Assembly (NCBI GenBank): GCA_001642005.1
Contig: LWCA01000042.1
Coordinates: forward strand, 1-64,000
Length of the DNA stretch: 64,000 nucleotides
Reading direction: 5' to 3'
From: Intoshia linei
Lineage: Eukaryota > Animalia > Orthonectida
In this document: positions 12,601-24,400 of the stretch, piece by piece
How positions within the stretch are numbered: position 1 is the stretch's first letter
Layout of the letters: every line of letters begins with the position of its first letter
The notes under the pieces: generated by a model
Seen by the model: only the letters and a program-made list of their open reading frames with translations
Databases searched by the model: none
What the model was told of the DNA's origin: nothing
Position numbers and translations under genes: made by a program

Positions 12601-15090
12601 AAAAAAAAGTAATATGGGGTTTTGATAGTGAAAATTATCTTTTGTGAGGTTGCCATTTATGATAATGCTTATGATTTTAAAAAATATCCAGAATTTATGT
12701 TTTATAAAATTATAGGACATTTTTCATTTTTAAAATAAAGAGTAATTTGAGTCTTGATTTAGATCATGAAGGTATGCGTTTCTTATGCTCAGATTTAAGA
12801 AAATGTTAATAATTTTAAAACGCGTCTTTTTAAATTTAAAATCGCAGAATTTATGATTTTTTTAATTTTAAATTGTATTTATCTTTAAAAAAAATGGCAA
12901 ATTAGGTTTTTGACCATGAATGTCTCAATTTCGAAGAATAAAACATAAATATAAACATCATTCGCAAAAAACTGTATTCGAAATTGGGTTTTTATAAATT
13001 TTACAATAGTTAATTTTTCAAATAATAAGTAACAGACAGACACACATTCAATCCTAACTTATATAATATGCTACGCGATTTTTGTTTGTGTGTGTGTGTC
13101 TGTGTGTCCAGCTTTAGTTAAATAACTACCCGTCTTAGAATTTTATAAAGTCCACATTTCAATTACAGTTTTTTCCGGCGGTGTTCGCAAAATAAATTTC
13201 AACCTCCCAAACTCAGATCTTACGGGTCAAAAATTCCAATTATCCCTTTTTTTGAAAATTAAACGTTTTGGAGAATTTAAAAAAATTATATCTTCAGGGC
13301 CAAAACCACAAATTCCCTTCCTTTTTTTTTGGAAAACAGCCCTAGAATTTAAAAAAAATAACAGGTTGTACAGTTGTATCCTGTTAACACACACAGAAAA
13401 TTTCAATTTGAATAAGTGACGCCTTCACGGTCAAAAAAGCATTTTAGTATTCATATATTTTTTCTGGAAATAATATTCCTTCAAAAGATTGATAATAGTG
13501 AATAGTACAATTTTTAAGTTAAATTTTCAACGTGAATTTATATTTTTGGTAGAATAAAAATGTGACCTCAGCAGAGCTAGGTGCTGTTTGTAAGTAGTAT
13601 ATAACAGTCAACCTAGTCTTATATAAAACTTTATTCAACGCTTATTTTTTATTTACCCAGTTTAAGAACGAATTGAAAAAGTGGGATATAATATTTAACT
13701 GGCTGCGAACTCTGCATTTAAACGTACTAAACTATGTGTTCCTGTGAATAAATAAAAGTGTGAGTATTTACACTTATTTTCATCGCTATCAGAGTCCATA
13801 TGCTTAATATTGCTCACATCATCTAGAAGCGACTTTACTATATATAAATTTAATAGTGAAATAAAATAAAATATGCTTATTACTGTTTGATGATCTCTTA
13901 TTTGAAATGTTATTTGTATTTGAATTATTTGTCGTCAATTGGTTAATGTAATCGTCTAGTAATTTCTCTTTGTTTCCAGATTGATTTAATGGTTGTAAAT
14001 TACCTAATTAAACTTTTATGAATATAAATATATAGAATGATATTTCAATTTATGTCATAAAAATAGAACAACATTTAGGAAATCGATACAATAAACTCAT
14101 TAAATTACCTATAAACGTAAGACACCGTGATTTTGCCCTTGATTTATTGTCCCTTTTAGTGTGTCTCTTTTTTATACCTAAAACAAACGTTTATATCATA
14201 ATTGTCTGTCATTACTTTTGTTTGTGTTACCATTTCTTTCACGGTTTATATCTAAATTTCAAATTAATTAAGTTAAAAATTAATATTACTAAAAAATGAT
14301 TCAACTTCATCTTCTTCCCCTAAATTATTTTCATGTAATTTCAATTATAGATTATATACCAGATATTTTTTTGTAACTATACTTAGTTTTTCGCTGCCTT
14401 TTTGTTGCATATTGAGGCCTCATTTCCATATTGTTTTCTAATAACTGCATTGAATCATTTTTTGTTTTTATTGGAATCGGAACCTTTGAATATAAATGAT
14501 AAAGTATCATTGATAATATTTGAAATAATAAAAAATTAATTAAATTTCGTTACAAGTTATAACATTTCGACAATATTTTATCTACAATTGACTGTATAGA
14601 TTTTTTAGTTGGGTAATCCTATTTATCGCTGTAAATTAGATTTTGGAAGAATTAATTTTATTGACAGGGGGACCAAGGTATGAAAACATTTTAATATAAT
14701 TAATCAATTTGTATTATATGCTGTTTTGATGGTTACAGTGTGTCTATATCTTTAAATTTAAAAAAAATTCGAAAATTATGCAAATCCCAACATTGTCAAA
14801 CGAAAGACAACCCTATATGGAAATTAAAATATTCCTTCTTCAATGGGTATCATTATTCTTTTTAATAAAAAATTTATAAAGTACATTATGTAAAGTATAT
14901 TATAAATTTATTCTTTTAAATATTTATGATGTTATTGTATTTTAATTCATTATTTACAAAAAATGGAAAACAATAAATACGTTAAGATACCTGCCCTGGT
15001 GATGCAATGACTAATTTTGAACCAATTTTTTCTTTTAGTAAGTCGAAAGCACTTTTTTGAGTCATTGACTGATTTTATTTAATAAATTCA
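9678..15090 (-). CDS. Uncharacterised multi-exon low-complexity (Ser/Asn/Asp-rich) protein; may start further upstream (~18170) and may continue downstream
   Basis: Large exon 10485-9678 (AG|GTATGCCT...CCAG|GTAAAT) is phase-compatible with exon ~12056-11936 (DTSYNHEKNYKSIK...RDSKR); further small GT/AG-bounded open segments at 13700-15090. Confidence 0.55.
10940..11090 (+). mobile_element. 3' fragment of the Helitron-like family (terminal hairpin + CTAG|T)
   Basis: CTCGGCAGAGCTAGGTTCTGTTTGTACGTAGTACATAACAGTCCACCTAGT; same end as the 13052-13616 copy. Confidence 0.7.
12290..13050 (-). mobile_element. Non-autonomous Helitron-like element, minus-strand copy (second subfamily)
   Basis: Reverse complement of the family modules also seen at 16298-16775, 42380-43030 and 53085-53812; (GTCT/GT)n microsatellite at its 5' end. 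Confidence 0.7.
13052..13616 (+). mobile_element. Complete non-autonomous Helitron-like element (~565 bp)
   Basis: Starts TCCTAACTTATATAA, has a (GT/GTCT)n microsatellite, ends in hairpin + CTAG; flanked by A (13051) and T (13617) with no TSD. Confidence 0.82.
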
Positions 15091-16297
15091 AATTGATTTT
15101 ATTAGTACTGATGTTTATTATACTATTTATTAACAGTGTAAATAAATAAAACATAATGTTGAATATTGTGTATTACATGTAGATATTACATCCATATTCT
15201 TTTTTATTTAAATTATGAGTACATGGTCATTTGTTTCATTTACATTTTTTTTAATATTATTTCCTTCAAATAGAAATTGTATATGATGGATGATTAGCTG
15301 GCATTAAAACACATTATGATTAGCAAATTTAAATATCACATGCATAAGAAATTTTTAAATTAGCTGGTAACAACTGTACATTACTCCTATCTTAATTTAT
15401 GATTGATATTGATTATACCGCAAAAATCATTAATAGTTTCATTATATGTTTGTTTATATTTTCAAAAATTACGAAAATAGTGTCAGATATATCGATAATT
15501 ATAATTAGACTAATATGTCAATCCAATTACTTTTTTTAGAGATTATTTATATGGCTATACCATTATGCAATTAATTTGTAAATGAAATATAGATAATTTA
15601 ATTTATTAGATTTGATCAATGACCAATTATTTTTAATAATGAAAGCAGTCCATTTTTATTATCCATCAATTAATCAAAATTTTAATAAAAATTCCAACTT
15701 ATATAAACTCTTAGTTTGTCTCTGTGTCAATGTGTCATCGTTTATTTAAATGGCTAAGAGTCTTAGAATTTTAATAAACACAAATTCCAAGTCAGTTTTT
15801 TCTGGGGAAGAAGTAATATAAATTTCAACCTCCGAAACTTACATCATACCGGTCTAAAAATCAAATTATCCTTTTTTTTAAATTAATTTTAAAGTGTGAT
15901 TTTAAGGAAATTTTTTTGTACCATATTTTAAACATGGTTCCAGTATTACATTTTAAAATTTAAATAAAATCAAACGAGACCTAAAATTGCTTAAAATTTA
16001 CAACTGGTGAAAAGCAAATGTTTTTACATTAACATTTTAAAAAATTTGGTCTTATATTAATTAAAATGTAATTTAATGAAGGTTTTAAACATTCTATATG
16101 ATGTTTCTTAGTCGTTTATTTCTATAATTATAATTGTAGTTATATAAATTTATTCTTGGTTATTTTTTGTAATGAAAAGATAAACAAAACTCACACAAAT
16201 ACAATGTAATACGATTCAAAACCATTTAGAATCGCATCGGCATCAGAATCGTTGAAAATTTAAGAAATTTTGTGGCATCACTAATTTGATCATGTTA

Positions 16298-17540
16298 ATC
16301 CTTGACTTACATGTATATAAATATGAATGTCTGTGTGTATTTGTGTGTGTAACCATTTATTGAAAAAATAGACTGTCGCATGATTTAAAAAATCCGATTT
16401 TCTAATACCGTTTTATCTATTTTTCACTTTCAGAATTTGAGTCCTTCATGGTTAAAACCACAAATTACCCTTTGTTTTAAAAATAAAACATGTCCTAAAA
16501 TTTTTTTAAACATAAATTCTGGGATAGTTTTTAAAATCATAAACATTATCAAAAATAAAAACCCTTAAAAAAAATATATCTTCAGGGCCAAAACCCCGAA
16601 ATTACCATTTTTTTTTAAAATGAAAACAGCTCTAGAATTTAAACAAAATTACAGGTGGTACAGTTGTTATCTTTTAAAATACACAAACAAATTCAATCTG
16701 AATAAGTGACGCCTCCACGGTCAAAAAAGTACTTTAGTATTCATATATTTTTTTTCGAAATATTTTATTTATAAAATATATACAGTATAACCTCTGTTAT
16801 TCGCTCATTCCGTTATTTTTCCAAAATTTCTCATAAAAAATATCAAATTTTATATGTAATAAATTCAATTTTTTATTTTATAATCGTTTCATATAACTAA
16901 CTAATTAACAAGTAAATAATTATGTGATTAAATAACTAATCTAACCAATATAACCGACTTTGATAATCGACAACATCAATTAAAATTAATTTATTTACTT
17001 AATTTAAAAGAATGAAATACACTCGATTAACTAACGAAGAAAAATGCAGAATCATAAAATATTCACAAGAAAATATATTATGTTCCCATAATCAATTGTC
17101 ACGTATTTTCTCGACCATATTAAAAAAAATTATAAAAAAGAGATCAATAACTGATTATTTAAAAAGCAAGGTAGAAGTGTACATAGGATATCTGAAGGAA
17201 GTGGGGATTTAAAAAGAGATTATACATTAAAATATGATGATGTAGAACGCAAATTATTGATTTGGATTGAAAAATTAGAAATGAAAGAAATGATATTAAC
17301 TGATTTGATATTAGTGGAAAAGACGAAAATTTTGGTACAAGAAAATAACATAACAGACTTAAAATGTTCGCAAGGGTGGCTAGATAAGTTTAAGAGAAAA
17401 AACGCTTTAAACTTTAAATTATTTGAAATAATTAACCGTTCGAAAATTAAAAAAAAAAAAATTATTCTGATAGAGAGTATACCATTTAATATAAATACAA
17501 TATTTCAATCCCAGAAGTCTATGCATTCCCAGTGAAAAAC
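16298..17540 (+). mobile_element. Helitron-like copy interrupted by a truncated pogo/Tigger element
   Basis: Family modules at 16298-16775 resume at ~17430-17540 (ATTATTCTGATAGAG...CCCAGAAGTCTATGCATTCCCAGTGAAAA). Confidence 0.65.
16783..17430 (+). mobile_element. pogo/Tigger transposon 5' half (CENP-B-type HTH transposase pseudogene)
   Basis: TA|CAGTATAACCTC terminus; MKYTRLTNEEKCRII and LKCSQGWLDKFKRKN motifs; catalytic domain and second TIR absent. Confidence 0.8.
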
Positions 17541-18440
17541 CTTTATATTATAATATAAAACTATACAATAATTTTAAATTATGATCAAATTAGTTTCTAT
17601 AAAAAGCCACATAATAGAATGACTAAATTGGAAAAAGAAAATATTAGATTTACCGAAAAGTTTTCCAATTATTACAAAATCTGTACAACAAATTTGCTGC
17701 AACTATCAAAATAGTAATTTTGTTAAACAATATACAAAATCTAAAATTAAAATTTGAATTAACAAAATGACCTCAACCAATAAAAATGAATTTAACGAAA
17801 GCAAGTCAACCATGGAATTAGTAAACAAAACAAATATTACAATTAAACTACAATAAACTTTCAATTGTTATAAATACTTTTGAATTTGTCATATAAACAG
17901 TTGCCTAGAGGTACAAGATATTTGTATTGTATTTATTTGATTGTGCGATTAATTGCTAATGAAACATTGCAACAAAGCTAAAAGAAGACTAATTGTGAAA
18001 TGTCCAAGAAAATTAAATTCAAATTAATACACAATTGCGTCCAGAAGGAAACTATTGGATTAATTTTGTTTGAATGCAACAAAAACATGCCTACAAGTAA
18101 AAGATATTGCAAAAGATATTTGTGTGAATTTTAAAAACCCAAGAAAAATGATGGGTAAAACTGACATTTTAAAATGTAAAATTGATAATTAAATGATGGT
18201 TTCAGCGAAAAATTATATAATTTACAAAATGATGTAAAACAATAACGATAAAATATGACTAAATATAATAACAATAGTATTTTATTGGAATTTTGCAGCT
18301 CATGTTTACAGTTACTTGGTTATACGAACAATAAAAATGGTAATATTAAATAATATGTTTTTGTATCTATAGATTTTTTAATAATAAACTTGTATTCTGA
18401 TATTTTAGAAATAAAATTTTATGAGTTAAAAATTTTATTG

Positions 18441-21400
18441 ATGATGAAAAAGTCTAACATTATTATAAATTACACATTGGGTGCTGTTACTGATCCTGTA
18501 TTTCATACATTGTTTTTTTACATTTGATATTGTTTATAACAAATAATATTTTAATTTTAGAAGGATATGGATGTTCGTTTGAGCAGTTTTCAAAAAAAAA
18601 AAATGCATTCTCGCATTAGAACTTTGGAAGATGCGGAAAAGGATCTTAGAAACGACATTCAGAAATTGGAATTACGACAAACTTCTGATGAGTCAATTAT
18701 GTGCATTCTTAATCAATATTGGAATCGAGTTTGTTTTTGATTTTATTTATTTTATTGTGCTTTGTTTTATTTTTGATATTATATTTTTTAATTTTAATAT
18801 TTTATATAAATTTTTCATTTTTTATGTTTTAAAATTAAATTAAAATATTTTTTATTTAACTGGATATTTAAGGATATAATTATTTATTTATTACTATTAT
18901 CGAAATATACGAATGGTGTATTATATTTTATATTTGACGAGTTACGAGTGAGTCTGATGTAATCTTATTAGATTAACTATATCAGTAATTTAAAGGATTT
19001 ATTGGAATTTAGTGGGAGAAATATTTGTGATAAATATAAATATATCAGAAAAATTTTAATTGATGGAAGCGGTTTGCCGTAAGGCCTAGGTCAGCGGTTC
19101 CCAAACTTTTTTGTTGTGGACTACTTGGCATAATAATGAAAATGACATGGTCTAAAAATTGTTTAACTATAATTAATATGGTTATAATATAATTTTTTTA
19201 ATATTAAAATGTAATTAATATATTACAATTATTATTAGTTACTAATAATTAGTATGAGAATTTATGAGAAGTATGAATTTTTTCACATTTTTTTTGAATT
19301 ATTAACTTATACCTAGTAGTATAATCTGATAATGCACATCTAAGATCTTCCTCAACTTTCAATTTATTTCTGTTTTTGGTTTTTATGCTGCATAAAGCAG
19401 AAAATCCTATTTCACATAAGTATGTACTTGAAAAAGGGATTTAAACTTTTAAAGCAGCATCGTATAGTTTTGAATTTTTTCATGAAATTCAATTCCAGAA
19501 ATATTCAATTGGCTTCGATTTAAATATATCTTCATGATAACTGTTATTCTGTAATTCCAAAGGTTCTTGTAAATTTATATCAACTTCTTTTAAATTACAA
19601 ATAAAAGGGTTGCGACATACCTTCATTAACACATCAATGTCTTCAAATGGGAAATATTTAACAAATTCGGCATGTAATATATCCAAAGGATTAGTGATTT
19701 TATTTTTAACATCATTGAGAATACTGTTTCCATCAAGACAAGAATTCATATTAGGAAACATTATTGTTATGTTCACATTAATGCGATATTTATATAATCG
19801 CAATTTAGCCAAAAAATAATTGGTTAAATCTTTATGCTTCATAAGATTTGATTTTTTTCCTTGCATTTTTCGATTTAAACTATTACACATTTATAAAAGA
19901 TCAACTACATATCCTATATAAACATTGTCAGAATTAAACGTTGATGTTAATGAACTACCTTTTTTATCAAGAAATCCTTTAATTTCTTCTAAAAAAAACG
20001 AGTTCAAAAATTTCCAAGAATTTCATTATTAGAAAAATATCTACAATATGCTAACAATCATGAATTTGAAGAACCATCTTGTGTCTCATCTAATTGTGGA
20101 GAAAATTTTATAAAATTCAAATTAGATATTGTCTGATCATTAATATCATGAGAAATGTCACTAATTCTTCTTTTTACAGTATTATTTGATAATACAATTT
20201 TGTCAACTTTTTGAGCCGACGATTCTCCAAAAAGTATTTCCACAAATTTTTTAGTACATGGAAGAATCAAATTTTTGCCAATGGTATGTTTTTCTTTAGC
20301 TATCATGTATGATACGTTATAAGAAGCTTCGACATATTTTAAATCACTTTGAAAAAAATTAGTAGCAGTTGTTTTTAATCGTTTTTGATTTCTAACAAGG
20401 GCCTCAAAGTAGGAAGGTTCCATATTCATTAATTCAGGATGTATTTTAGTAAGGTGGTTTTGTAATTTTGATGGATTCATTAACGAATTTCTTAATTCTT
20501 TCAAACAAACCAAACATTTTGCAATCTCATATTTATTTAACGTTATATAAGTAAAACCAAATTTGATGTAGTCACAGTTGTATTTCCTCTTTAGGCTACT
20601 ATTTTTAGACATAATTAGTAATTGTTATCGGATAAATCAACAAACGTCGGCAAACAAATTCCGGAGACTCAAGTACCGCTTTAGTCAATACCATATATAA
20701 TATGTTAGCATGTTTGACAATACTCGACAACGTAGTCGGTGTACAATACTTGGTATTCATGGGTGATGATAGTCTCTTTAGGGTTGATGACGAATTCGTT
20801 TCTCAACATGGTGTACGTAAATAAGCGACGTATTATAACTTCTCTGCAAAATTCATTATCATTATTAATTTCTAATACAATTTTTTTCTGTAAATAAGCT
20901 AACCTATCAATCTCTTTACTACCTTGACTATTGTGCAATAATAATTTATTACATTGGTAGAACCTATATGTACCTATATATATCTAATACATCATTATTG
21001 ATGTAATTCAATTACTCAGGACTTTCTACTTTTTCCTTTTCATACATCATGTTTTTAACATATTTTTCCAAAAGTTTTTTTAAGTTTACATATTTTTCGT
21101 TTCCAAACAGACTATTTTTTTAAACCTTTTTAATTCTTCTTGAAAAGACAGTCCTGGAACCTCCAAGAAGGCTGTCTCATCAATTGATACTGTTAAATAG
21201 TAGTAGGCACTGCTCACACGTCCCTTTGAGTGAGGACATGTAAACAATGCGCTAATTAGATCGAACATCTTATCAAGCAACATTAATAATTTATTTGTTT
21301 AATTATTAAGATAATATGTTTCTTTTCCTATTTTAACACATGGAGGGTTCTACACTGAGTTTTTTAAGAGTATACGACATTCCGTCTAAATGTTTATGAA

Positions 21401-24400
21401 CAGTATTTGTTGATACATTTAATTTATCATCAAATTTGTGAACATCTCAAATGGATGAGGAATTGTAGATCCTATTACTGCTTTGCTCCACGACATGTGT
21501 CTTAGATCGTCACAATATGTTGCTGTGAATCTCCAACAATTCCTTCAGTTTGTATTACGACCAGCAGTCAGTCTGTTGCTAGATTCTTCAGAGTTAATGA
21601 TTTTTATATATACGTTTTTTGGAAATTTCCTAGAAAATATTAATTTGATTGTCTTAGAATTTTGGATTAATCCACATATAGTGTCTGAATATCCATACAG
21701 TTTGGATTGAAACAATTCTGATATGAATCTCGGGAAGAAAGGTGTCACATATGACAGGTATTGTACAAAGTTGCTTTGGTCTTTAAATGTAGGGTCCAAA
21801 CTTCCCTGAATTTCCTTGTTTTTTATCGAGGATCTTCTTGCTTCTATGCTTTTCCGAACTTAATCTTTTATAAGATTTAGAGTACTTGGAGCATTTATAA
21901 GATTAAGACCTGATGGATTGTTTATCAATTTTAACATATCGGAGAATCTATACGTCTTTATCCTACATGATCCGGCTGTCAGTGATAGTACCTTACAATA
22001 CTTGCATGTAGTATTTTCATATACAGACTTCCAAAAGAATACTTTCACAGACCGGGTCTGGAAATTGCGTAATTAAAAATCTGGTCAATGCTGCTCTCTC
22101 GGGCTTCCTATACCAGGGTCTAAGAACAAGAAAAAGTTAACTAGTGTAGATATTGTGCCTTGTATTACATCCATATAATTGCGTTTTAATGCTTGGGTAA
22201 ATGTCAGGAACTTGTATATGCTTCTATTACCGTACATTACGTATAGTATTATGCTTTTTAACATGTTCTCGCTGGTTTGACATATTGTTAAGCACGTTGT
22301 ACTAATCGTAGATATTATATTCGCAGCTGTCAAGACTTGATCATTCGGAGTGAGTCCAACTTTTCCAAATCTCGTAGGTTCTGTCCTTAGCATTAATTGT
22401 ATATATAATATTATTTTCTCATATACTAGCAAATTCGTCGATGAATATGTCTCGTCTGCTTTAATCGTCAACCCTAAATAGCTTGCCCATCTTTTAATTG
22501 CGTTAATAAGCGACTTGTATGTCTTGTATGACACATTTGTTTGTTTTATATCACCGTGCTTCTTGTTTCACCTATTAGATTTGGTGGTAAGTGATAAGTA
22601 GGACAGATCACTTGGTTATCACCTAGTGCTAAAACCTGCACTTTGACATTTCTAGTAGCACACTCCTTTTCTTTCATTAACAAGCTGACAATGCTCCATC
22701 CGTTTTGTTGTAAGCCTTTATTTCCACTTAACTGGCTGTTCCATGCCAATCTAAAAGGAATTCTCAAAGAATTCGTGAGTTCTTTTGACAACATTAGTAA
22801 ATCCGAATGATCTGTATTAGACTTTAAATATGATAGCTGTAGAATCGTACCTTTGATGATTGTTCCATTTTTCATAATCCAAATGGTATGCAAAAGTGAT
22901 TAAAATATTATTGGAGTTTCCATGTCCATGTCCATGTCCAGGTACACATTTTATTTTTTTGAATAATCGGTTAAGATTGTCAATGATCCGAATAGTGGTG
23001 CAATGAATAACCAAAATTTACTTTAATTCATTTATTTTTAAATGTGGTTATGGTTGATTTTTTCTATCTGTACAATTTTTGTCATTTGTCAAGAATTTAT
23101 GCAAAATTTTGATGAAAATTATCATAATTATATATGGAAAAATTTAAAATAATTTCATTATCAATGTGAAATGTAAAGTCAAATTAATTTAACAATTGAC
23201 TCCATTGAATTAGAAATTTGCATGAGATTTGAAAATAATTAAATTTTAAGGAGTAGGATTATGATCCAACATGAGATAACTATGTTGATAATATTAATCA
23301 AGTATATTTTAATCTTGCATTAATCTCAAGTTTTATTATAAATATATTTTGGACTTTTTTAACATTGATAGATTAATTTTAATTTTTTTTAATTATACAA
23401 GATAAAATTTTCTTTCATCTAAAAAATTGTATTGCTTTTTATTTAAACTAGTATTATTTATTTAGGTTTACACTGATTTGAACATATTTTTAAAACGCTT
23501 TATCAATAATGAAAATGAACTAATGGATTCTGATACATTCTTAAATCACAATTCAATATCAAACATTTCTGAAGAAGACATTAAAACCATTATGGAGAAT
23601 CGCTATCATAAAGTAAGTACCCTCCTAGACCAACTTACACCTCTATTGGTCAAAAACATGCTCAACAATTCCTTTAAGGGTATGTTCACTATTATTATTA
23701 TTTTAAAATCAATATTTTGTAGGTGATTCTTCTCTCAGTGATACAGACAAGGAAGAAAATGTTACATCATTTTACAACGATCAAAACCAAAATTTACAAA
23801 AGCTGAACAATGAACTACACCAATTGAATAGTCAACTAAGAATAGAAGTATATAATTGTTAAATTTTTATATATTTCATATTATAGAATTCACAATACAT
23901 TTTGGAGAAAAATAAAACGGATAATGAAATTGAGGGTTTAAAAAATAAAATGGAAAGCATGGAAGCAGATTTAGATAGATCCAACGAACTAATATCCAGA
24001 TTAGAATTTTCAGTTAGGCAGTTTTCAGAATCTAATAATTTAAATACTCAAACTACTAATTCAAACGAAAAAAATGTAAACTTGAAATCAAACTCCAAAG
24101 ATTCAGATTCCGCTGTAGGTGACGTACATCATGATTTGGAAGACTTGAAGGAATTGGCTGAATCTCGTCAAAATGACATACAAAATTATCAAAAGAAAAT
24201 CATCAATCTATTGAAAGAACGAGATGAAGCAAACAACAAAGTTTTTATGTATGAATCTCAAATTAGTAAAGATGAAAAATACCAACAATTGTGCCATTCA
24301 TATACTATTCTTCAAAAGGCTTTAATTAAAAAAAATGACGATTTTAATAATTATATGGTAGTAAGCAAAAGAAAACACGATAAAGTGACTAATGACATGT

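Noticed and set aside
17560-18180. Separate small membrane-protein gene upstream of BRE1
   Set aside because: Short minus-strand open segments could be 5' exons of the uncharacterised gene, but no consistent spliced frame could be built.
18631-18843. 70-aa plus [12 protein letters not shown]...
   Set aside because: Wrong frame of BRE1 exon 2 running into the intron; same situation for 27856-28041 (SERT), 41235-41435 (SLC7) and 57058-57267 (EPS8).
19489-20612. Domesticated ZBED5/SCAND3-like host gene
   Set aside because: TIR and target site retained, catalytic region deleted, frameshifts present.
20705-23014. Functional or domesticated viral polymerase, or viral contamination
   Set aside because: Multiple stops, frameshifts and deletions; embedded between in-frame BRE1 exons.
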